Positions 1 to 7,517 of a DNA stretch of 14,154 nucleotides are shown here, piece by piece. Below the pieces are notes generated by a model. The model was not told the DNA's origin. It made no database searches and was given only the letters and a program-made list of their open reading frames with translations. The number at the start of each line of letters is the position of its first letter. Position 1 is the stretch's first letter. Made by a program: the position numbers and the translations under genes. This stretch comes from an uncultured Oscillospiraceae bacterium (GTDB lineage: Bacteria; Bacillota; Clostridia; Acetivibrionales; DTU013): positions 1 through 14,154 of the forward strand of contig CAZQCL010000035.1 in assembly GCA_964592435.1 (NCBI GenBank), given 5' to 3'.

Positions 1-357
1 GTGCACAATCCGGTCAGCAGCCTTGAGGTGGGAACGCTTCAAAGCATTCTTGATGAATTTGTAAAAAACAAGGCATCCACTAATACCAGCGGAAATTCCG
101 GTAAGAATGCCGTTAAGCATGCCTGTGAAAATACCGGCGGCAATGCCGGTGATGTTGAGATAGACTATATCCACGGCGAACAGGTAATTACGGAGCTTGG
201 CTCACAAGATAGGTGTATTGGCTTTTACCTTCCTGCCATGAGTAAGCATGGGCTTTTCAAAACTGTCAAAAGGGATGGCGTACTGCCAAGAAAAACCTTC
301 TCTATGGGAGAAGCTGAGGAAAAACGCTACTATTTGGAGTGCAGGCGCATCAGGTAG
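1..357 (+). CDS. hypothetical protein, 3' fragment (5' end outside window); coding status uncertain
   Basis: The reading frame is open from the window edge to TAG at 355-357. Base composition at 175-357 looks coding rather than like the AT-rich intergenic regions seen elsewhere. I recognised no family motif. The N-terminal part (NTSGNSGKNAVKHACENTGGNAGD) is low-complexity and is the exact codon-aligned antisense of a TM-like frame on the minus strand, so the strand assignment is ambiguous. Confidence 0.3.
   Translation: MHNPVSSLEVGTLQSILDEFVKNKASTNTSGNSGKNAVKHACENTGGNAGDVEIDYIHGEQVITELGSQDRCIGFYLPAMSKHGLFKTVKRDGVLPRKTFSMGEAEEKRYYLECRRIR
289..313 (-). terminator. weak candidate intrinsic terminator downstream of the last pilus gene
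   Basis: The minus strand reads CTTCTC-CCATA-GAGAAG (6-bp perfect stem, plus coordinates 297-313) followed by GTTTTTCTT. It lies about 55 nt after the stop of the PilX-like gene. The stem is short and half A-T, and it sits inside the plus-strand ORF 1-357. Confidence 0.25.
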
Positions 358-368
358 AGAACCCAATC

Positions 369-1844
369 CTATGGTGTTGACTTCACTTCCGCCCATTCCT
401 TAATCTGCCAGCCTGTATTAGCGGGTTCAAGAAAGTGCGGAGGTGTTTCGTAGGCCATTCGGTAATCGAAGCTGTTATCTTCCTTATATCCATGAATGCT
501 GGTATTCCCCCACGACGAGCTGCTTCGATAAGTAGCGCCCACTTTATTTGTTATCTGTGAGCCGGTAAAATAAATGAATCCCATGTCGTCCAAGCTTGCG
601 TAATCATCGACGCCATAATAGCTGTTTGCTGACAGCCCGAAAATAGCCGCATGGATTGTGATATTATACTTTGCCGCAGAAACACTCTGATGATTGGTGT
701 TGCTGTTTTCTCTCGGCCAGTAGCGTGTATTAATCAATATATTGCCATTAGATATCATTCCCAGCATATCATCGCTTTGACCTGAGGTGTTTGCAGTAGC
801 TGATGTGGGAATATTGCTGTTTGCATAGGTGATTCCTCCAGTATCGGCTGCATTGTTATAGCTGAAGTTTGTTGGATCCTTCCCCGTAATATATATGTTT
901 CCCTCCGTTACTATACTCATGCACCCATCCAATACGCCCGATATGAACAGCGTTCCATCTACATAGATAACGCCACTGGCGGGCAAGGGCCTTGTAACAA
1001 TCTTGTCGCCGCTCACATTAACATTCCTGATTTTCAGTTCGTTCCCATTAAGCAGGATACATGTGCGTCCCTGATAAACATATCCGCCCATTGCCGGATT
1101 CGCCCAACCGGTAATTTCACCATTCGAAGATGGAAATGCCAGAGGTGTAGCCTTTACAGGCTGTCCGGGCTTCTTGAAATCAGGATTCCCTCCGCTTTTT
1201 TCCCAACCTACACAGTAGCTGACATCATCATGAAACACAGGGGTACCATTCGTCCTTAATGTCCCATTGGTAAAAACCGGTCCTCGCACCTGCTCCCCGT
1301 CGCCCCAATATATACCGTCGCCGCTGGCATTCCTCATGTCACCCATAAAGCCCACATAATTGGTAAACTGCCTCTTGTGAACCTTAACCTCTATTGCTCT
1401 TTTAACCTGTGCATTATCAACTGTCCAGCCTGTTGACTTTATTGTTACTACAGGCCTCGAGGTTGAAGGAGGCACCACTTCAATTTGATAATAGCCGACT
1501 AGCCGACCTTCGCCCCTGTATTCTGTTTCCTTGTATTTCTTAGGATACCCGGTCCATGCAGAGCTTGCGCCTGTTTCCGACCCCGAATAAAACTCAACCG
1601 GATCAAACTCGTCCGTAGCCTTTGTTGACAATTTATAAAAGGCTGAGTTGTCATTCAACTGCCAAATATATCTATAGTAGCCCGCCTCTGCAATATGGAA
1701 GGCATTCTCGGAAGCCTTCTTCAAGTCAATAGAAACTGTCTGGCTGCTTGTGACATACATCATTGATGCGCTTAGAACAAGCAGTATGGCAATAATAATA
1801 ATAACTGCGGGCAGCGCAAGTCCCTTTTCATTTCTATAGCTCAT
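369..1844 (-). CDS. PilX/GspK-like minor pilin (non-canonical prepilin N-terminus) with a large beta-helix-like C-terminal region
   Basis: This is a 491-aa ORF. Its ATG at 1844 directly abuts the TAG of the upstream gene (TAGATG). The N-terminus MSYRNEKG-LALPAVIIIIAILLVLSASMMYV...ASENAFHIAEAGYY matches the PilX_N/GspK pattern: Gly, then a hydrophobic helix, no Glu5, and an AEAG motif. The C-terminal two thirds contain repeated G-x-[IL]-[YF]-[IV]-x-G type strands (GVIYVDGTLFISG, EGNIYITG, NGNILIN, GFIYFTG). It is the last gene of the minor-pilin block. Confidence 0.75.
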   Translation of the reverse strand: MSYRNEKGLALPAVIIIIAILLVLSASMMYVTSSQTVSIDLKKASENAFHIAEAGYYRYIWQLNDNSAFYKLSTKATDEFDPVEFYSGSETGASSAWTGYPKKYKETEYRGEGRLVGYYQIEVVPPSTSRPVVTIKSTGWTVDNAQVKRAIEVKVHKRQFTNYVGFMGDMRNASGDGIYWGDGEQVRGPVFTNGTLRTNGTPVFHDDVSYCVGWEKSGGNPDFKKPGQPVKATPLAFPSSNGEITGWANPAMGGYVYQGRTCILLNGNELKIRNVNVSGDKIVTRPLPASGVIYVDGTLFISGVLDGCMSIVTEGNIYITGKDPTNFSYNNAADTGGITYANSNIPTSATANTSGQSDDMLGMISNGNILINTRYWPRENSNTNHQSVSAAKYNITIHAAIFGLSANSYYGVDDYASLDDMGFIYFTGSQITNKVGATYRSSSSWGNTSIHGYKEDNSFDYRMAYETPPHFLEPANTGWQIKEWAEVKSTP

Positions 1845-2510
1845 CTATTCCGGAACCCCCTTGCTTCTGGAAGTTATAGTCATATTCACTTCTACCGGCT
1901 TGGGCAAAGGATTGCTTATACTGTTTGTGCTCAAATTTAGCTGTATCTTCCTGCGATCACCTTGTGCCTCAGCAGTCGTATCTTCAAAAATCCCTATGGC
2001 TATTCCGCTATCGCTCGAGTGTATCACTCCTGTAAGTATGTTTTTCCATGCTGTGATGGTTTCATACTCCGGATTCGCACCTGAAGGCGGTGTGCTTCCG
2101 CCATATACAACCTCGCCCCGCTGCAGCACAGTTTTATCTGAGGGATCCAGCCTGTAGCAGACGCGAATGTATTTGCTGCTTCCATCACTTTTGTATCCAT
2201 GCTTGTAAATGTCAATCCTCTGACCCTTGGCCAGCATTCCCGATGCTTCTTGCACGACAACCGGATATGTTTCGGTGTTCGGCCTGGATGCTGAACGAAT
2301 ATCATCGCCTATCATAGTAACAGCCTGATTCATATATTGCATGAGCTCCGTTTGTCTGTCAGCTCTTGTGAAGCCCGTGTACGTAAAAGAAAAAAAGGTA
2401 TAGACAGCTGCGACTGTTATGACTAATAATGCCACAACAATAATAAGCTCAATCAAAGTAAATCCCTTGTTTTTATGATCTGCTGCCTTTTCCCGCCCTG
2501 TTTTCCCCAT
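1845..2510 (-). CDS. PilW/GspJ-like minor pilin (prepilin-type N-terminal cleavage/methylation domain)
   Basis: The ORF spans 1845-2522. The ATG at 2510 has GGAG 6 nt upstream, whereas the ATG at 2522 is only 1 nt from AAGGGAG. The leader MGKTGREKAADHKNKG is followed by FTLIELIIVVALLVITVAAV (class III signal with Glu5). The following FTRADRQTELMQYMNQAVTMIGDDIRSAS resembles the PilW/GspJ helix region. Confidence 0.8.
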   Translation of the reverse strand: MGKTGREKAADHKNKGFTLIELIIVVALLVITVAAVYTFFSFTYTGFTRADRQTELMQYMNQAVTMIGDDIRSASRPNTETYPVVVQEASGMLAKGQRIDIYKHGYKSDGSSKYIRVCYRLDPSDKTVLQRGEVVYGGSTPPSGANPEYETITAWKNILTGVIHSSDSGIAIGIFEDTTAEAQGDRRKIQLNLSTNSISNPLPKPVEVNMTITSRSKGVPE

Positions 2511-2579
2511 GAAACGCTCCATGCTCCCTTAATCTGCATCCCTGGCATATACGCACCTGCCCCTGATCCGTGCGTCCAG

Positions 2580-4607
2580 CTAATAATCTATGCTGAGCCA
2601 ATCCAGCGACGGCGTCTTCTCGATATCGTTGGTCTCAAGCTTTTGCATTACCCACAGGTATTTCCCTCTGATGTCGGATCCCCTGGCAATATTTGAAATG
2701 CAGCCACCGTTCACGGCCTCTGCAAATGCACTTTCGGCAGGCCTTGTGTTACTATCCGTTAACGCGGTGCATACGCTTATGGAAGTGTCTGCATCAGTGG
2801 AATCCTCCCAGCTTATTCTCATCTGAGGAGCCGAGGCAAATTCAGGTCGATTGTCCAGCAGCTTGCCCTTCGATATTCTGGTGCCTTCATTGGCATAGCC
2901 CTTAACTCCGTATAATCTTACTTCATTGACAGCAACGTATGCGTTCCTGTCATGCCTGTCGGTTATATACAGCCTGAAATAGCGTGCCGATTGGGGATTG
3001 CTTGCGTTGAAACTCTGGAAGCCGCTTGTGCGATTTGTTAATGTGCTGTTGCCATGCACCTCTGTCCAATTGACTTCATCAAATGAGCATTGAAGCATGA
3101 AATCCTTGGGCACGTTGCTCCAGCGCGAGCCACCGCCACCCCCATACTGGCTTGCCAAAATCTCCACTCTTCTTATCTTCACATTGCTCCCAAAATCCCA
3201 TGCTATCCACTGTGGAAGAGAGTTGTTTCCTGCCTGCCAATAGGTGTTATTATTGCCGTCGGAAATATGCTCGGCCTGATGATTTTTACTAGCTGATGAT
3301 GCGCTTATCCCGCCGGTCTCAACAAAAGAAGTTAGATTTGTTTCTGTGCTGCTTCCGTCCAGTATCAGCTGTCCGTTCCCCTCATCCGTAGCAAGCAAAT
3401 TGATAATATAGGCCGCATCCTCAAAGTCAGCTTTCGTGTCCTCTTTATAAACATTAGCAGAGGATAGGCCCTCCATCATAGGCACTCTCAGCTTCAGAAG
3501 CTGATTCAGCTGCATTGTACCATCCCACTCTGTTCCATTCGGCTGCAGAGGCTTCGCCGATGAGCTAAGCCCCATATCATAATTGGCATACCCCGAAACC
3601 CCACGAATACTAAGGTTATACGTACCGGTTTTCCACAGCGGCCCAAAAAAACTTTGGGGAAGCTCACCATCAACAAAATCTGCTGTCGTAAAGCTTTTAT
3701 TGGCAATTACATTAATATCCTGATCTAAGCTCTTCCAGTTCAGATTCATAACGCCCTCGCTAATAATCGGCTCCCCATCCTCGTCGCCCTCTTTCACAAG
3801 CTTTACCGACAGCTTGGAAAAATTGCTTTCCTTGTCCATGTATATTATGGCCTCTGAAGTTTGATAATCGTTTGCCTCTACATCCTCCAACACTATCCAG
3901 CCATCTTCAACTTTCTGCCCAGGTCCTGCAACATTGCCCTCCGACAGCCTTGCTCTAACCATGTATTTGCCGGCATCCAATATGCCAAATAACACGTTTC
4001 CGGCTGTATCGGTATTCATGCTTTGGTTCAAAGAAGGAGTCGGTGGTATACTCACCAGATTTATATGTATGGGATTCTCTGCAAAAACTGCGTCTTCGGA
4101 GTCCTTTACATGGACACGTATATGACCGTTTTTCACAAAGGCTTCTTCACTCTCTCGAGAAGCAATACTGTTTATCTCCCCTAACTCTTCAACAACACCG
4201 GAAAAAACGCCCGGCGCACTTACGGTTACCTTTATTCCCTTCAATGCAATGTCGCTTTCGGTACCGGTTGAAGTGCTTTTCGCACTGTTCCAGGATATCC
4301 TCGTATTAACTCGAAAAACTGTGTTTCCGACTGTTATGCTGCTGGTCTGCGGAATCGCACCTGATGGATTCCCGCCATAGGTTCCTATATCATCGTATGG
4401 CATTGCTCTTATCTCTTCAAGAACACTTACCGCGATATTGCCGGCGGTCATTTTTGTATAGTTGCTTCGATATGATTTTGTCACAAATGTCAGCGCAGGT
4501 ATAAAAACAGCCGCTGCCATTACAAGAACAGCAAGGGCAACCAGCAGCTCAATGAGGGTAAATCCTTTATTATTATCTCTTGTGTTTCCGAAAATCTCCT
4601 GTCGCAT
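2580..4607 (-). CDS. PilV-like modular minor pilin carrying an F5/8 type C (discoidin/CBM32-like) domain; putative pilus adhesin
   Basis: The ORF spans 2580-4622. The GTG at 4622 lies inside the RBS, and the ATG at 4607 is preceded by GGAGG with a 6-nt spacer. The leader MRQEIFGNTRDNNKG is followed by FTLIELLVALAVLVMAAAV. A PilV-like pilin module follows (AGNIAVSVLEEIRAMPYDDIG ... TVFRVNTRISW ... IKVTVSA). Two prealbumin/CarboxypepD_reg-like segments come next (HIRVHVKD...TDTAGNVLFGILDAGKYMVRA and LSVKLVKEGDEDGEPI...KTGTYNLSIRG). ORF aa ~436-572 (nt 2907-3317) carry F5/8 type C hallmarks: ISDGNNNTYWQAG...WIAWDFGSNVKIRRVEI...SARYFRLYITD...YVAVNEVRLYG. Confidence 0.8.
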   Translation of the reverse strand: MRQEIFGNTRDNNKGFTLIELLVALAVLVMAAAVFIPALTFVTKSYRSNYTKMTAGNIAVSVLEEIRAMPYDDIGTYGGNPSGAIPQTSSITVGNTVFRVNTRISWNSAKSTSTGTESDIALKGIKVTVSAPGVFSGVVEELGEINSIASRESEEAFVKNGHIRVHVKDSEDAVFAENPIHINLVSIPPTPSLNQSMNTDTAGNVLFGILDAGKYMVRARLSEGNVAGPGQKVEDGWIVLEDVEANDYQTSEAIIYMDKESNFSKLSVKLVKEGDEDGEPIISEGVMNLNWKSLDQDINVIANKSFTTADFVDGELPQSFFGPLWKTGTYNLSIRGVSGYANYDMGLSSSAKPLQPNGTEWDGTMQLNQLLKLRVPMMEGLSSANVYKEDTKADFEDAAYIINLLATDEGNGQLILDGSSTETNLTSFVETGGISASSASKNHQAEHISDGNNNTYWQAGNNSLPQWIAWDFGSNVKIRRVEILASQYGGGGGSRWSNVPKDFMLQCSFDEVNWTEVHGNSTLTNRTSGFQSFNASNPQSARYFRLYITDRHDRNAYVAVNEVRLYGVKGYANEGTRISKGKLLDNRPEFASAPQMRISWEDSTDADTSISVCTALTDSNTRPAESAFAEAVNGGCISNIARGSDIRGKYLWVMQKLETNDIEKTPSLDWLSIDY

Positions 4608-4679
4608 TTCCAGCCTCCGCACCGGCCAATCACGGCACTTGCACTGTCAGGCACAGTCTCCCTGCCGCCTGCCGCCAGT

Positions 4680-6386
4680 TCAAGCAATGACCCTTAGCAC
4701 TTCCTCTATCGTCGTAAGCCCATCCTTGGCCTTTATCAATCCATCTTCCTTGAGCGTGGTCATGCCCTCCGAAATCGCAGTGTTTTTAATCTCAATTGTT
4801 GATGCTCTATTCAATATCAATGACTGCAGCGATTCCGTCACCGGCATGAATTCATACACACCTTTTCTGCCCCTGTATCCAGTACCGCTGCATGATATGC
4901 AGCCCTTTGCGCGATATAGCGTCAGCTCCTCCTCATCGCCGTCCACCGGAAAGTCCGGCACGGAATTGAGCAATTCCTTCCTGCCTATAGTATACTTAGT
5001 CTTGCAGCTCGGGCAGAGTATCCTTACAAGCCTTTGAGCAACTACTCCTATCAATGATGAAGAAATAAGATACGGCTCTATACCCATGTCTGCAAGCCTT
5101 GTCACCGCCCCCGCAGAGTCGTTTGTATGCAAGGTTGACAGCACCAGATGCCCCGTCAATGCCGATTCTACCGAGATTTTTGCAGTTTCGTGGTCACGGA
5201 TCTCACCAACCATGATAATGTCCGGATCGCTTCGTAATATAGATCTCAGCCCCGATGCAAATGTCAGCCCCGCCCTGATATTTATCTGAATCTGGTTTAA
5301 GCCATCCATCCTTCGTTCTACTGGATCCTCAAGGGTTATTATATTTTTATCCGGCGAATTCAGCTTTGCCAATGTCGCATATAATGTAGTGCTCTTACCG
5401 CTTCCTGTCGGCCCTGTTACCAATAAAAATCCGTAAGGCTTGCGCATAATAGCATTGTATTTTTTTAGCTGGTCTTCGGGAAATCCCAGCTCAGCCAATG
5501 TTATAAGCCTGTCGCTTCTATTCAGAAGCCTTAGTGTCAGCTTTTCACCATAAACGGACGGCAACGACGCAACACGCACGTCTACAATTTTTTCATCAGC
5601 TTTTATTGTAATACGCCCATCCTGCGGAACCCTTCTCTCCGCTATGTCCATGTTGCCCATAACCTTTATTCTGGAAATCAAGGACGCTCGCAGCTTGAAG
5701 GGTGGTGACATAACCTCATGCAGAACTCCATCGATCCTGAATCTAATCCTTAGCTTTTTCTCCTGAGGCTCTATGTGTATATCACTGGCTCCGGCCTTTA
5801 TGGACTGGTTGAAAATTTGATTTGCAAGCTGTACTGCCGGCTGCTCAGCCATGGTGTCGGCTTCCTGAGGCCCATCAACCGATTCGCTTGGCAGTTCCTC
5901 CTCCACATTTGCATCTATGCCTATGCTGGAGCTTTCAAACTGCTTTATTGCAGAATCCAGCTCCATATCCGGAACCACAACCGTTACGATGTCATACCCC
6001 GTTAATATCCTTAAATCATCCAGCGCAATGACATCCTTGGGATTTCTCATTGCCACCTTCAGCTTATCATCTTCATATCCTATAGGTAATGCCTGATACT
6101 TTATAGCAATCTCGGGAGTAATAAGGTTTGCCGCCGATAAGTCAATCGCATGCTCCGTCAGGGTAACAAAGCTGGATCCCGTATTCCATGCAACAACCCG
6201 TGCAATGTCCTCCTCCGTGCAATATCGCTTCTGAACCAACAACCGTCCTAACGCACTCCTTGTCTTGCCGTCTGCTTCCTTCCCTTTCTTTTGCTCGCTT
6301 AAGACATCATCCAGTTGTTCCCTTGTTATTATTCCTGTCTGTAAAAGCTGTTCACCCAAATAAGTTTTTTTAATAAAGCCGGACAA
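4680..6386 (-). CDS. pilB: type IV pilus assembly (extension) ATPase PilB, GspE family
   Basis: The protein is 568 aa. It has Walker A VTGPTGSGKSTTL, Asp box IITLEDPVE, Walker B DPDIIMVGEIRD, His box TGHLVLSTLHTN, a tetracysteine motif CPSC...CISCSGTGYRGR, and an N-terminal T2SSE_N/MshEN-type domain. The start is TTG at 6386, with AGAGGTGA 4-7 nt upstream inside the pilO 3' end. There is no in-frame ATG until well inside the conserved N-domain. Confidence 0.93.
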   Translation of the reverse strand: MSGFIKKTYLGEQLLQTGIITREQLDDVLSEQKKGKEADGKTRSALGRLLVQKRYCTEEDIARVVAWNTGSSFVTLTEHAIDLSAANLITPEIAIKYQALPIGYEDDKLKVAMRNPKDVIALDDLRILTGYDIVTVVVPDMELDSAIKQFESSSIGIDANVEEELPSESVDGPQEADTMAEQPAVQLANQIFNQSIKAGASDIHIEPQEKKLRIRFRIDGVLHEVMSPPFKLRASLISRIKVMGNMDIAERRVPQDGRITIKADEKIVDVRVASLPSVYGEKLTLRLLNRSDRLITLAELGFPEDQLKKYNAIMRKPYGFLLVTGPTGSGKSTTLYATLAKLNSPDKNIITLEDPVERRMDGLNQIQINIRAGLTFASGLRSILRSDPDIIMVGEIRDHETAKISVESALTGHLVLSTLHTNDSAGAVTRLADMGIEPYLISSSLIGVVAQRLVRILCPSCKTKYTIGRKELLNSVPDFPVDGDEEELTLYRAKGCISCSGTGYRGRKGVYEFMPVTESLQSLILNRASTIEIKNTAISEGMTTLKEDGLIKAKDGLTTIEEVLRVIA

Positions 6387-6390
6387 AAAA

Positions 6391-6924
6391 TCACCTCTTT
6401 TTTCGGCTAAAGCTGTGTGCCCCTATATCAGCTCTAATATCATTTGTACCATCACCTGAGGCGGCGACGTTTATCGTGTCGATTCGCACTGCTCTTTCCC
6501 CTTCAAATATATTCCTCAAAAATTGTATCAGCGAATCATAATCCCCTGAGAAGGCTATTTCAATCGGCATGTCCAGGTATTTTTCTGCCTGTATCCTTGG
6601 GTTAAATTTTATTTCGACAAAATCCACACCTGCATCTGCGGATTTCTCTTGCAAATAACGAATAAGCTTTTCCTCTTCGGGATTGTCGGGTATCAGCATT
6701 TCCGACCTTTCGTATTGCTCCTCGAGCTCCTCTCCTTCTGCCATGAGCAGCTTGAGCTGCACCAATCGGTTTTCATCCTGCCGCAACCCTTCCTCCTGTT
6801 CGGATAGCTGTGCCGCCAAATCTTGCATCTGACTCAGCTTATTATAAACCAAGCCGCCCATCCCAAGTACCAGGGCGATTACAAGAGCTATGATCAGAAC
6901 CCTTTGCAATAAATTATTGCGCAT
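6391..6924 (-). CDS. pilO: PilO-like pilus alignment/assembly protein
   Basis: The protein is 177 aa. It has an N-terminal TM helix (VLIIALVIALVLGMGGLV), a coiled-coil stretch (QDLAAQLSEQEEGLRQDENRLVQLKLL), and then the ferredoxin-like core pattern (LIPDNPEEEKLIRYLQE...MPIEIAFSGDYDSLIQFLRNI). Its ATG overlaps the pilN stop by 1 nt (TAATG). It sits after pilM-pilN. Confidence 0.75.
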   Translation of the reverse strand: MRNNLLQRVLIIALVIALVLGMGGLVYNKLSQMQDLAAQLSEQEEGLRQDENRLVQLKLLMAEGEELEEQYERSEMLIPDNPEEEKLIRYLQEKSADAGVDFVEIKFNPRIQAEKYLDMPIEIAFSGDYDSLIQFLRNIFEGERAVRIDTINVAASGDGTNDIRADIGAHSFSRKKR

Positions 6925-7514
6925 TATTCGGCACCTCCCTCAACTGCTTTAACATTTAGGGCCTCAACTCCCACCAGCTCCGCCGATATTTCAAACTGGA
7001 CGGTGTGGCTGCCGTCGGTACCGCTTGTTGATGATGACAGGCACAATACATTTTTCAGATTCTCATTCGCGTTTAATGTGGCCAGCCAGTCAGATACCTT
7101 AGAATGCGAATCCGCCCAGCCCCTCATGTTCAGCACGCCTTTATTCTCTACATAATTTATGTCGAAATTACTCAGCCACAGGTTTTGCGGAATAGAATTG
7201 AAAATCTGCACCAGCAACGAGCTCCAGTCCGGGCTGTTTTCCATGCATAGCCTGTATAGATCTGCTACATTTGAAATTTCCGCTTTTTTATCCTCGTAGG
7301 ACTGAAGACCGGCAGCTTTGAGCTGTGCCTGCTCCCGTTGCTGCATTACCGCTTTCAGATCCGCCTGAGGCTTCAGCAAAGCGAGGGAAAGTGTCGCATA
7401 AAGCAGAACAAAGACCAATATCAATACCACTGCAATCACAGCAAATCTACTGATACTTTTTTCTGACCTCTTATAGCTTTTGTGCTCAGCGGGAAGTAAA
7501 CTAATATTTCTCAT
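6924..7514 (-). CDS. pilN: PilN-like pilus assembly protein
   Basis: The protein is 196 aa. It has the N-terminal MRNISLLPAE motif (the conserved INLLP-type PilM-binding peptide), then a TM helix (FAVIAVVLILVFVLLYATLSLALL), a coiled coil and a C-terminal domain. GGAGG lies 8 nt upstream of the ATG, and the gene follows pilM directly. Confidence 0.8.
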   Translation of the reverse strand: MRNISLLPAEHKSYKRSEKSISRFAVIAVVLILVFVLLYATLSLALLKPQADLKAVMQQREQAQLKAAGLQSYEDKKAEISNVADLYRLCMENSPDWSSLLVQIFNSIPQNLWLSNFDINYVENKGVLNMRGWADSHSKVSDWLATLNANENLKNVLCLSSSTSGTDGSHTVQFEISAELVGVEALNVKAVEGGAE

Positions 7515-7517
7515 GCT

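Noticed and set aside
1-174. A minus-strand membrane-like ORF running out of the left edge, considered as a possible prepilin peptidase or other downstream operon gene.
   Set aside because: No Shine-Dalgarno sequence precedes either the GTG or the ATG candidate. The sequence does not resemble the PilD N-terminus. If it were real, 175-368 would have to be non-coding, yet that stretch looks coding in the plus frame. It is kept only as an ambiguity (see finding).
202-396. A 64-aa minus-strand ORF that overlaps the stop of the PilX-like gene.
   Set aside because: It starts inside the 3' end of the upstream gene in another frame. It has no RBS and no motif, and its composition is unconvincing.
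2551-2575. A hairpin ACGCAC-N13-GTGCGT between the PilV-like and PilW-like genes.
   Set aside because: It is a 6-bp stem with a large loop and no following T-tract, and it lies 35 nt before the next start. It is unlikely to terminate transcription and may be coincidental.
4608-4679. A GC-rich 72-nt spacer between pilB and the minor-pilin genes, considered as an internal terminator or attenuator.
   Set aside because: Only short stems are present (for example ACTGT-N5-ACAGT) and there is no U-tract. This is not enough to call a structure.
4462-5037. Plus-strand ORFs embedded antisense in the pilus genes. Examples are 4462-5037 (191 aa), 10871-11368 (165 aa), 9368-9799 (143 aa), 7926-8342 (138 aa), 10226-10558 (110 aa), 13357-13677 (106 aa), 1861-2157, 8778-9068 and 12593-12865.
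   Set aside because: Each lies opposite a minus-strand gene with strong family motifs. Their translations are Ser/Cys/Leu/Pro-rich with no recognisable motifs and no RBS, as expected for shadow ORFs.
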